Positions 21,177 through 32,403 of a stretch of DNA of 44,001 nucleotides are shown one piece after another. The notes under the pieces are model-generated. The model did no database searches, was not told the DNA's origin, and was given only the letters and a program-made list of their open reading frames with translations. Each line of letters opens with the position of its first letter. Position 1 is the first letter of the stretch. A program made the translations under genes and the position numbers. The stretch is from assembly GCF_001194135.2 (NCBI RefSeq), contig NC_068990.1:9318554-9362554 (forward strand). The letters are read 5' to 3'. The DNA comes from Octopus bimaculoides (Eukaryota).

Positions 21177-23239
21177 CTGAAAAATTAATTCTAGCTCAAT
21201 GTTGCCCTTCTGGTTAATTTTACTTGATAATACATCCTTGCTGTATATGTTGCATTTGATTCTGTCAGAACACATTAAGAATAAATATGCAAATCAATGT
21301 TTCAAATAGCAATTCTTTATCAGTTGGCAGATATAAGCACTGATCAGCAAACAATTTCGTTCACTGAAATTATAAATAAAGTTAATGGCTTGTTCGATTA
21401 AAAGTCTGGGTACTTCCAGCTGAAAAACTTTCAAATCACAGAATCTGTTGTGACCATAAACTGAATGTGTTATAAATACACTGTTGTTATGAAAAGGAGA
21501 AGCTATTTTCCAGTGGTTTAATTAACAGCAGCCAGTATATTTTGTATTTGAATCTCCTAGAATGCATTAAGAATAAATTTGCAAATCATTGTTTCAGATT
21601 TCACTGTACACAGTGCAAATCACGATTGTTATACATACATAAGTATGAAGTAAAGTTTGAAATTTGACCTTCACATTGTCAAAGCGAAGCATTAACTCCA
21701 CTTAAATGAAAAATAACTAAAACTAGTGATATGTCTGCTGACCAAAAAAAGAACAAAAAAAAAACCTCCCCATAACCTACATGCATCCTTTTTGTGAACC
21801 GCTAAAAAACAGCCTCATAATGTGGAGCTGACACACCTACATATACAAGCCTGTTTATAAAGTCCAACTCATATAAATAATTCTGAACAATAACATAAAT
21901 GCTGATCTAATCAATAAAAATTTCTTCACAACACATCGTCATCATCACAACCTGCCATACAACCTAATTACCATTCAACTGAACCCCACACACCTGAGAA
22001 TTTTTTTTTTTTTTATCTCAACAGAGACTACATAAAGCCGAGATTAACTTAATACATCACGGTCAAATGATGGCATAGCTGGCTGAGGTTGGGTAGTGGA
22101 AGATCTCTTGATTTGCGGCAAAAGAGACCGATGGAGTAAGTACTAGGCTTAAAAAAATAAGCACTGCTGTCAATACTATTCTTGTTAAAGAATGATAAAT
22201 TTGTACTCTAGAGAAGTAGAGAGTAAGCCATGAAATTAATGTAAAATTATTTTTATTATAACTGAACATAAAAGCAAACCTCAATACGTATGTATGTATA
22301 TAAACGTGAAAAAAGGTGTATTAAATGCCATATGAGGTAAATTCTTAATTTACTGAATTTAATCTTCCATTCAAGAGGTGATAAACAAATGCTTGGAATC
22401 AATCCAAATGAGTAGGGGAGACACTCTTAAGACGTGTGCACTCTCCAGAATCGACATACCATTAAGGAAGCTTGAGGTCCGACAAAAATGAAAATGCAAA
22501 AAATAAGTATCAAACTGTAATAAATTCTGTGGTGGTAATAATCTCGACTCAATGACCGATATTTATAGTCTTGCACCAACATTTATTTTATGGTGTTGTA
22601 GCACTGGATTCGATCCCGCGTTTTGTCACATACAAATCTCAAGCCACAGCTCATTCATAGTTTCAACATGGGAGCAACTGAAATTCTTTCCAATGAACAG
22701 ACACTGTTCACGTGCTTGTTTGGTGGTCTGACTAGAACTATCTATGTACTTGTTTCCTGGCTATCTAATGCGTAGGCGGTGTATAGATGTTCGTGTATTC
22801 GTACTTATAGCATAACGAAACATTTCCTGCTCCGCGCGAGAGCGTATGTATGTATGTATGTGTTTGCGCGCGTGCGTGCATCCGTGCATGTTTGTGTATC
22901 TGTATATGTCTGTCTTTCTGCCTGTCTGTTTATCCATCTATCTATCTATGTATGTTTGTGTGTGTGTGTGTGTTATAGAAGCTGAAAATCAACTGTTGCT
23001 AAGACTTTCACGTAACCGATCATCAGAAATATTCACAGCTGTAAATCGTATTGAATGGAAGCAGAAAGGTCTTCACAAGCTTACTCAGCGTTTCACGTTA
23101 CTGATCGTCAGACAGTTGTGAATATTCCTGATGATTGGTTGAGTGGAACTCTTATTAACAGTTGATTTCCAGCTTCAATAAAATAGTCTTGTACTGTATC
23201 TTTGGTATTCGATTACTATTTTCTGTATATTACTTTGAA

Positions 23240-23928
23240 CGCGTGTGTGTGTGTGAAACACAGAGGAGATGCCAGAAGGGCTGTATATAATCACTCGAGA
23301 ATTTCTGCGATTCATCTCAGCGCGTCCACATTGAGCTTCTTGTTCACAAACACGACAGTTTTTTCCTGCACCTTGATGTTAGATGAATGACAGAAACTTT
23401 GGACATCTCTCGACTCTGATTGTTTTGACCTTGGCTGTTAGGAGGTGACAGCGTCGTCGAACATAGCTAGTCATGCCAAGGTTCTTGTTCACAGCTCTGG
23501 AAACCGAGGAAAGGACCACATTGCGTTTCTTAGCAAAAGCTATCATGGATGTGGATAGGTTGGCGTCAGCCGAGCGTTTGAGGCCAGCGAGAAACGTTGG
23601 ATTGCTCTTGGAATCACTTCGAGTCTTGTGTTCTTTTCCATCAATCTTTCTCTCTTCTTTAAATTGTTTGTACACGCGATAAACTGTTGCATTTGGAAGT
23701 TTCGTCAACTTAACAGTTTTATTGGTAGTGTGCCCAGCGCGCACCAAAACCACAATGGCGGAACGATTCTGTTGTTCCATGACTTTCTGTTGTCGAATCA
23801 ATTTACTATTTACCTGAAAAATAAAGAGGGTTACATTTTCAAGAAAGCAATCATTGTCAAAAAATGAAATATTAAACCCAGTAAGTCAACTACTTCAAAT
23901 TTGGTCTCAATTTATCTGCTGGATCCTG
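23240..23928 (-). mobile_element. 5' half of a Tc1/mariner element, maT/DD37D-like
   Basis: ORF 23379-23801 encodes a paired HTH region (MEQQNRSAIVVLVRAGH...TVYRVYKQF...VSRAVNKNLGMTSYVRRRCHLLT). A frameshifted continuation resembles VF.DEK.F.VDAEMNRRNSRV. The terminus is TA|CAGGATCCAGCAG; the 3' half is absent. Confidence 0.85.
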
Positions 23929-24078
23929 TATATAAGCACTTATAAAAACCACATAATATGAGTATAAGCAAAGCTATGTAGATAAATGTATTTGCTGTCG
24001 TGCATGTACTCATTTACATCAACTTATCTGCTTGTCTATGTATGTATGTGTATATCCATGTACGTATCCCTTTTTTTT

Positions 24079-24145
24079 CTGTCTGTCTCTTTATCTGCCT
24101 GTCTCTGTCTGTCTGTCTGTCTATCTATCTCTTTATCTGCCTGTC

Positions 24146-24180
<35 letters not shown>

Positions 24181-24275
24181 TTATCTGTCTGTCTCTCTCT
24201 CTTTATCTGTCTGTCTGTCTATCTCTTTGTTTGCCTGTCTCTGTCTGTCTGTCTATCTATCTATGTATCTATCTC
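24079..24275. repeat. (TCTG/TCTA)n compound microsatellite
   Basis: Read directly from the sequence. Confidence 0.95.
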
Positions 24276-25849
24276 CTATCGATCAAGTTTTGAATCTGTC
24301 TATTTGCCTATTTATCCATAATATTAACAAGAACATCCAGTTTAATGTAGAGTACTGCAAGGATAAATTACCTTTTGAGACATTGCATTAAAAAAACATG
24401 AACAGGATCGAGATAGATATATATTATAAACCAACAGACTCGAGGCAATATTTACTTTTTACTTCGTGCCATACAAAACACACGAGAATCAATATTCTAT
24501 TCAATCTGGTTAAAAAAACTTATGTACCAACGTATCTATTCTAAACACACAGATGAAAGACTAAAGGAACTAAATGATATTTTGATTGATAGACGTTATA
24601 TATCGTTATTAATAGATAACGGAAGAGAAATAGCTGAGGCAATTCGCTTCAGTGATTTAAAAGCTGTGAAAAGTAAAGCAGAAATAAATGTTTAAACTTA
24701 CATTTTAACACATCCCATAAATATTGGAGCCTTTATTATAATTAGTCAACATTTATTACTTTTAAAATGCGATCCAAAAGTGAAAAGAATTTTAGGAGAC
24801 TAAAAGGTAATGAAAAGCAAAAGAAGTCAGTCATTTAAAGAAACTATTAACAAAATTCCAATTAAGTACCGACTTTGCATCAAACTCTACAGTTAAGAAT
24901 GCTGAAAAGTAAACTGCTGATTTAGAATTAATATATCTGAAGGATCAGAGTTCCGTTTAATAAAAGATAATTCTACATGCTTATCTGAAAAATTGATTCA
25001 TGTCATAATATGCTGTGGATTCAGTGATAATTGAACTGACCAAACATATATGTTCCATAGAAAACGAATGACGGTTCACTGACAACAAATACCCAATTCT
25101 TATATTAGAAAAAATTCAACACAGCGAACATTTTGATTGATATGCGGGATTTCGGCAGCGGAATTTTGAACCATTCCAGTATACTAACGTGTGGAAAATA
25201 CAATAGAATAGCAAAAAAATTGAATTCATCGCGTAAAAATGGGGAGATACGCTACAAAGTATTTTGTCCGACGCACTAATGATTCTATCAGCTCGTTGTC
25301 TTGAGAATGGTAGTAAGAGAGCTTCTACGTATTCACTCAACTTTCTAGAAATAACAGCCAATTTCCTAGACTGAACATTATTGTCTTAAAAACGAAGAAA
25401 GTACACTTTAAACAATTCAGACTCTGTTATTCCTCAATGGTATGGTCACAGCTAGTATGCTTTTGAACGTAGATCAGCTCAATAAAGGAACCGGAACAGA
25501 CTAATGGCTCACTACAACAAAAAACATCGATACGGGCAATGACACGACAATATGTGGCTCTTTTGCTGGTGCTGCAAGTAAGTTTGACCAGGTTTCCCTA
25601 GAAAGTGCAGATGAAAATATGAGGGAGACTAGCTAAGTCGCACAGATAGATTTGTAGAACAGACAAATTAAAACATGGTTGCCCATCTGATAGAATATGT
25701 CCACCGTGGACAAACAAAAAACTGGATAATAGTTAAATGTCATCGTGAAAGAGAAAACAAAGGTGACAAATGACTGCTGGCCTGCTACAAAAAAAAAAAA
25801 GAAAGGAAGGTTAACTGGACGTTAAAGAGCTCGCATATCAGCCACTTAC

Positions 25850-25904
25850 CCAAACTCACAAACTCCACAGCAATATTAACAACAAAAAACAAACTGATCC
25901 GCAT
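25850..25904 (-). CDS. Candidate first coding exon (signal-peptide-like) of a minus-strand gene
   Basis: ATG at 25904 gives MRISLFFVVNIAVEFVSL(G) and ends at a perfect donor G|gtaagt in phase 1. It lies just downstream (minus sense) of a CpG-rich CCAAT-containing region. Confidence 0.3.
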
Positions 25905-26139
25905 GCACAAAATCAAAACTATCAGCCAGCACCTGAGATTGAAGACGACGACGAATACGACAGTAACAGAAAAAGCCTTGACACAAAACAATTTTAACGA
26001 AAAAGAGAGAAAAATATGAATAACAAAATCTGTACGTACAAGAAAACAACAGCAACAACAAAATGTTATATTATATTTTTTGTCATTTTTTTCAAGTTCT
26101 TATACATGTTTTCACGAAGGACACGCTTTCCTTTGTGGC

Positions 26140-26330
26140 TGTAGCAGTGATTGGAAAGCGAACCGCTAGGTAATCGGTCATACATTACGACCGAACGACA
26201 ATAATTTTACGTGGGGAGTTTTCTAAGCAACGAAGCAGCGTCGACCCATCGCGTAAGTCAATCTTCTAGAATCTTTTGCTTATGCCCTATAAAAAGCCAC
26301 GTTTGGCACTAACACTCTTCGCTGATAACT
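26140..26330. promoter_or_regulatory. CpG-rich, non-repetitive promoter-like region, possibly bidirectional
   Basis: ATTGG (CCAAT on the minus strand) at 26150-26154, TATAAAAAG on + at 26288-26296, and locally high CpG density. Confidence 0.35.
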
Positions 26331-26867
26331 GAGAGCGGGCGACTCGTTCACACGTCTCGTCTCTTGACATGCAGAATGTTGAGGTAGCTGCGCGATGTGT
26401 TTCCATTCTCGCCTCGAACATAGCACAAAATGTTTCCATTTAAACTTGTAGCACTATATTTCACCCAGGATGTAATTATTGTTGTTATTTATAAAAGACC
26501 AACACAGTTAAACTTTATGTGCAATAAAATCTCCTGTTAATTGTTTGTGAGTGTTGCTAGTTATTTCTTCACACAACCCGTGTAACATATTTTCATTCAT
26601 CACTTCAATCAATCACCTCAGACCATACAACATAACAACCCTCGTGACATGACTCTTGTTCCTGACGGTAACCAATTTTCTGCTGATATGCTGGAGTTTG
26701 ATTTTGCTGTTATTTCTTTCGTTTGTTTTACTTGAACTAAATCTATTTTTGGGGAGTTATGTTTTCCAAGTTCATAATTCGAATGTTTCTTGTTTTTAAT
26801 TTCTATTGCACGTATTTTCATTATATCATTTTTTTCGTTTTAGCCTACTTTTCGTACGCTTGTAGCG

Positions 26868-27020
26868 TGACCATGTGGTGATAAGTTTGCTTCTCAAACA
26901 CTTCCGAGTTCAGTCCAGCTGTGTGGCTTCTTGACTAAGTGTCTTCTATGATAGCCTCGGACCGACCAAAACTTTGTGAGTGGATTTAGTAGGCAGAAAC
27001 TAAAAGAAACCTGTCGTAAA
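26868..27020 (+). mobile_element. SINE family A, 5' part
   Basis: catgtggtgataagtttgcttc...gagttcagtcc...gcctcggaccgacc...aaagaaacctgtcgta. Further fragments lie at ~8812-8880, ~15170-15310 and ~22115-22171. Confidence 0.75.
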
Positions 27021-27034
27021 ATACATACATACGC

Positions 27035-27066
<32 letters not shown>

Positions 27067-28434
27067 CAAAATAAGCATAAGCAACAGGATATCCAGAGGC
27101 GATGCAGTACGACCGTTTCAAGCGACTCCATTTTATTGATCAATGCAATTATTACATCAATTTAAATTCAGGACTATCCTCAGCTGCATAAATAAATTAA
27201 TAGAATTTATTTAATCAGTCGGACATATTTGTATAATTTTACTTAAATCCTCTAAGAGGGTAAGTCCATGCTGTTTTCACTTCGGCTTAGAAGCTTCTAA
27301 AACATCAGGAAAAAAAAAACTTTGTTAGGGTCATAGCTTGTCACTGATTTTGGTTCAGTTTTAATTTATTAGTCATGTTTATCAAATCTTTGTATATTCA
27401 AATCTAAGACAAGGGAATAGAGTCTGTTATGAAAAGGCATGGGCGAATTGACAGAATGATAATGGGTGTAGTCATAAAACTTGTCAAGATTATTTTGAAG
27501 TAGTATAAAGCAACTGGCTATAATGAGGTTGGGTAGTGGAAGATCTCTTGATTTGCGGCAAAAGAGACCGATGGAGTAAGTACTAGGCTTAAAAAAATAA
27601 GCACTGCTGTCGACACNNNNNNNNNNNNNNNNNNNNNNNNNNNNNNNNNNNNNNNNNNNNNNNNNNNNNNNNNNNNNNNNNNNNNNNNNNNNNNNNNNNN
27701 NNNNNNNNNNNNNNNNNNNNNNNNNNNNNNNNNNNNNNNNNNNNNNNNNNNNNNNNNNNNNNNNATATATATATTATTCTAGTCTCCTAATATCTAAAGT
27801 TACTTCTAGATGAGGGCTATTTATTTGTTAGATGCTGTTCATCGTTTTTGCGATGATGACTTCTTTTTTCATCTCGAGAGCATTTGTGACCTTTCTGTTT
27901 TATGTGTTGGAATGGAAAAGGAAAGTCCGAGTTCCGTTGAAGTGAATTCTCTTAACGCGGAGGTCATCTGTACCTTTCATCCTTTAAGAGATCAATAAAA
28001 ATAAATACCAAAATAATGGAGTCGATGATACTGAATAAAACCTTTGAAGGTATTGCCCCAGTATGACCGTATGGCAATGACGGAAGCTAACTAATTGAAT
28101 AAAATAATAAAATTGCTTTGTTTGGGGGTTTAATGTGTCTGATGATGTGATTTGTGCTGTGTGGTGGACGAAAAGCAGTTAGTTCTAATGTTAGTAATAC
28201 ATAATTTATATAAGGTAAAAAGTAATAACATTTAAAAACAGTTTTTGCAATACTCTATATAGGTATTCCTCGACATTTGCGTCTCGTTTTTGCGTTTTTA
28301 TTATTGCATTGGTGTTAATGGATATTTTTTTTAGAGCTGTGAGATAGCGATGGCTATCGTTATTTAGCACGTTGTTACTTTCAACAGAACAGTGCTACAT
28401 ACAGCTGTTGTTATTAGTGCTGCTACTGCAACAG

Positions 28435-28435
<1 letters not shown>

Positions 28436-28480
<45 letters not shown>

Positions 28481-28499
28481 CACTACTACTACTACTACT
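28436..28499. repeat. (ACT)n microsatellite
   Basis: Read directly from the sequence. Confidence 0.97.
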
Positions 28500-28517
28500 G
28501 TTGTGTTGTGTCAAAAG

Positions 28518-28876
28518 TTTTGTAATATTTTGGTAATTTATTTACATTATTCATATTTCTTTTTTCGAACACAAGATGATGCTCTGTGTCCAGTGGAACT
28601 ATGAGGGGATAATTCACTACGAGTTTGTTATGGACAGTCGAGCCATCGGGGCCAATCTATACTCCGAACAGCTGGTGTGGATGTGTGCCATTGTGCTGCA
28701 TCATCAACCAAGAGGAGGTGGAAGCATCAGTGAAGGACAAGGACTGGAATCAAAGAACTAGTAGAAAGTTGGTTTTAGACTTTAGTGCAACACGATGGCC
28801 TCTACTTTGAATGCCTGGCTACGTTTGTTGCAACTTGACGAATAAAGCAAATAGTTACCAAAATATTGTAAAATGA
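28518..28876 (+). mobile_element. Internally deleted mariner derivative
   Basis: KMMLCVQWNYEGIIHYEF...ANLYSEQL is joined directly to C-terminal GIKELVESW...HDGLYFE. Imperfect inverted ends share the core aatattttggtaa / ttaccaaaatatt. Confidence 0.7.
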
Positions 28877-29003
28877 CATCAGTAACATAAGTATTCTGGT
28901 TGCGAGATTAATGTCACAAGTTTAATGTTACATCGTAACACAAGTAATTTTGGTNNNNNNNNNNATAGAAATAATAGCTATTATTTCTATCCCCTGGCCT
29001 TAA

Positions 29004-29400
29004 TGTCACAACCAAAATTACTTGTGTTACGATGTAACATTAAACTTGTGACATTAATCTCGCAACCAGAATACTTATGTTATTACTGTAACCATTAACA
29101 TTAGTGTGACAGGTTAGAATCATCTCTTTTATCACAGCAGCATGCAATATCAATGTTACTACCATATATCACAACTAGAACCAGCTCTGTTATCACTATA
29201 ACCAGTAAACATTAATCTCACAACTAGAATTACCTCTACTATCACTTCATCTTGTATCACAACCAAATTTATTTCTGTTATTACTACAACCATTAATATT
29301 TATGTCATAAGCAGAATTACCTCTCATATCAATACAACTAGTATTACAACCAAATTAACTTCTGTTATCACAACAACCAATAACATAATTACCGCTGTTA
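29004..29400. repeat. Degenerate ~48-bp minisatellite, about 8 units
   Basis: Recurrent (a/c/g)tcacaac(c/t)agaatta..tctgttat(c/t)act..aacca.taa.attaat. Confidence 0.7.
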
Positions 29401-29409
29401 TCTCTAACT

Positions 29410-29700
29410 GATACTCTGTTGGTTACGATGATGAGTGTTTCAGTAGATCCTTTCAACGGAACGGTCTGCCCGTGAAATTAACGTGCAAGTGGCTGAGCAT
29501 CCCACAGATACGCGTACCCTTTACTCAGAGAGATTCAGCATGATACAGGGTGTGACAAGAATGAGCTTTTGAATTAACAAGTGCAATTCATTTCTGCCAT
29601 CTGAAAGGACTGGAGCAGCGGGAAGTTAAGTATCTTGCTCATGGGCAGAGCGTACCGTCGGGAATCGAACTCATGATCTTACGATCGTGGGACGAATACT
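29410..29700 (-). mobile_element. tRNA-derived SINE related to family C
   Basis: The minus strand shows gagttcgattcccgacgg...atgagcaagatacttaacttcccgctgctccagtcc. A related composite copy lies at ~3895-4200. Confidence 0.65.
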
Positions 29701-29984
29701 TTTATCACCAAGCAACGCGCCTTCACTCCAATAAATATCATCACTTTAGAATTCACCAAAATCACGACTACCATAAATACAATCACAACCTTTCCATCCA
29801 TGACTACCCTCACACAATATCTTAGAAGCAACGTCGGAAAGTCGCTGAACCTGCAAAGAATCGTAGCCAAATTTTCCTCATGTCAGATCACATCGTCTTA
29901 GGAAAGAAGTTATTTGTTGATGTGGTTTTGAGTTCCTTGCACGTAGGAAAAAGTCAAGGTGGTCACGGTTTGAATAGGCTAAAC

Positions 29985-30282
29985 CAGAGGTTTTCAAACT
30001 GTGGTCCGCGGACCACAGGGAGGTCCGCAAGGACAAGACAGGGGGTCCGTGGACAGCAAATACTTTTTATGGGCAATTTGATTTTAAATATGTTTTTTAA
30101 TCGAAATCTTTTAATTGACAATAAAACTATTTGTTAAATACTGTTAAATAAATAAATGTAAAAATATATGTTATATTAAGCAAATATTTATGTATAAATT
30201 TCATAAGTGTTTATAAGGGGGTCCCTACGGTAAAGCCTGAAATATAAAGGGGTCCGCAAGTCAAAAAGTTTGAAAACCTCTG
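29985..30282. mobile_element. Non-autonomous hAT MITE (298 bp)
   Basis: Perfect 16-bp TIR CAGAGGTTTTCAAACT, 8-bp TSD ggctaaac/cgctaaac (7/8 match), and repeated subterminal ggtccgc motifs. Confidence 0.92.
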
Positions 30283-30407
30283 CGCTAAACAAGCACCTGC
30301 AATGACACCAACATCATAGCCATCACGGACACTCCCTATATAATCCCAAGACCATTACTGCTAGTATTGAAACCGTCACCAACATAGGCACTGCCAAAAC
30401 AAACATC

Positions 30408-30635
30408 AATACTACTACTACTACTACTACTATCACTACTACTACTACTACCACCACCACCACCACCACTACTACTACTGCTACCACTACTACCACTCGC
30501 CCCGCTTCAACATCACCAATATCACTGCTACCGCATGGACATCTAAAACACCATTTCTCAGTCATCACTACTACCATGACAACAAATTCCACCACCACCA
30601 CCACCACCACAACAACAGCACCGTCACCACCACCA
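30408..30635. repeat. (ACT/ACC)n compound trinucleotide tract
   Basis: Read directly from the sequence. Confidence 0.92.
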
Positions 30636-31204
30636 CATTCCCCATTCGTCGCCATCTGAATTACCGAAAATCCTACAGTTTTCAAAATTTCAAAGCCAGT
30701 TTCTCATAGAGCGAGTAAAGATCTGTGTTGTCGAAGAGGTACAACATAAAACCAACAAAAATAATAAAAAAATAAGAAGTATAAAAACATAAAAAAGAAA
30801 TAGACGGATGAAGAAACAAAAAAAAAAAACAACCGAAAAAGCCATAAAATAAAAGAGAAGTAAAATCAATATATCTAGCCGTTAATTATAAAGAATCGCT
30901 GGCAGCGATGTTGAATTGATAACAGTACTAATAATACGTCTGAAGGTGGATACTAGACAGCGTGGTGTTGTAGTTGGTGGTTAAGGATGAGGAGAGAATG
31001 TGGGAAAGTGTGAGAGAGAGAGAGGTGGGGGGGACAGTGGGAGTGTGATAGTGAGAGAGTGAAAAATTGCTATATATTTATAGAGAGAGGGTGTTTATGA
31101 GAGAGAAGGTGTGAGAGAGAGAAAGAGAAAGAGAGAAGTGTAAAAGACGAACAGACTGGCTTACAGACAAATGACAATTGTTTTAGTTGTTATTGGTGCG
31201 TTTA

Positions 31205-31400
31205 GTTTAGCCCCAGGTCAACCTTAATCGAGAACATGTATGATTAAGAACATTCCAGTCATGAAAATACCAGTTTTTCGATATTTCTAGGAAACCAGGA
31301 CTACATTAGCCAAGGTCTACCTTTTTTCTTTTTTTTTTTTTAAAGAAGGTAGAATATTATTTGAAGGAAATTTGGCTGCTATTTGTCGAGTAATCTCATA
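31205..31400. repeat. Unclassified interspersed repeat family (ctagaaatagcagccaaat / cattccagtcatgacc motifs)
   Basis: Related segments recur at ~6610-6725, ~25330-25480, ~40070-40165 and ~43470-43625 in both orientations. Confidence 0.5.
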
Positions 31401-32176
31401 AAAGACTTCTCGTTGGCTTCAATTGCTTAGCTGCTATTACAAAATATATACGTTTAAACACACATAACAGTTGGTAACTTGTACTTGGTAATAAAAATAA
31501 TTCAATGCAGGTTAATTGTAGGGTAAGAATTTTATTGAAGTCAATGTACACAGCCTCACATTAACTAGCGACTTCATCCCAGCAAGAAATATTCATACAC
31601 AAACGCACACGTTTTCTATTTCTTTTTTCCATTTAGACATAATTTTGGCTGGCCACCTGCTTGGTGGCAAAGTTGTGAAAGAAAACATCTTGTTTTGTTC
31701 ATCATCCTTTCAATGTTGACGAAGAGAATAATGTGTTTAACCTTGATTTCTCTGTCTTTTCGCTTTCAATTTATATTCGGTAGTAAATGACAATATACTG
31801 TTCTTTAAAAGTTCCGACAAATTTTTGTTACGGTTTAATTGTCAAGTTATTCACGACTTAGATTTTCTTTCTTTTCAAGTTGCTTCATTTCTAAAATTGG
31901 TGTAGAAAATACCCACATGTTTCAATCGTGCAGCATGCGCGTATTTTTCATCAGAGGCGTTGCACGGCTAGTTTGTTTATGTATCTATATGTATGTTGCT
32001 ATGTGAGATATTTCAGTTGAAGTGTTCATGTGTAATCTTACCTGTATTCTGTGACTCAACTTTCGTATAAGCAGTAATTACATACGCCAAAGTATTTGAT
32101 GAACAATCAGTCACCATGTATGTATGTATGTATGTATGTATGTATGTATGTATGTATGTATGTATGTATGTATGTA

Positions 32177-32372
32177 GTCAATTTAAACATGAACAAGCAA
32201 GAAAAACAAACGCGAGAACGTGGAATAAGTACAGTGTTATTGGACGCTCAGGAAAGGAAAGAAAAGAAAGAGGATTTAACGTTTCGATCGGAGATCTTCA
32301 TCAGAAATATAGGAAAAGTCCAAAGAAGGGAAGACGGAGAAAGAAAATCGCCAACGATGCATACGCGGTCAC

Positions 32373-32373
<1 letters not shown>
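32177..32373 (-). mobile_element. Penelope-like pseudo-LTR unit (~197 bp) inside a (TATG)n tract
   Basis: Contains the PLE-typical ctgatgaag...cgaaacgt motif with pyrimidine-rich flanks on the minus strand. (TATG)n lies on both sides. Confidence 0.65.
32274..32308 (-). ncRNA. Minimal type-I hammerhead ribozyme motif
   Basis: AUUU-CUGAUGA-A-GAUC(UCC)GAUC-GAAA-CG-UU-AAAU: intact core boxes, 4-bp stem II, 4-bp stem I, and a palindromic AACGUU stem III. Confidence 0.6.

Positions 32374-32403
<30 letters not shown>

Noticed and set aside
23000-23030. ctgatga...gaaa on the minus strand as another hammerhead
   Set aside because: No stem I or stem II pairing. Similar partial hits at ~10300 and ~36340 fail for the same reason.
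25539-25577. + strand MTRQYVALLLVLQ followed by gtaagt
   Set aside because: No downstream phase-0 exon was identified, and it lies upstream of the + TATA box. It is probably chance or an antisense signal.
26300-26600. TATA-driven small RNA gene (U6, 7SK, RNase P/MRP type)
   Set aside because: None of the conserved motifs of these RNAs are present and there is no nearby strong oligo-T terminator.
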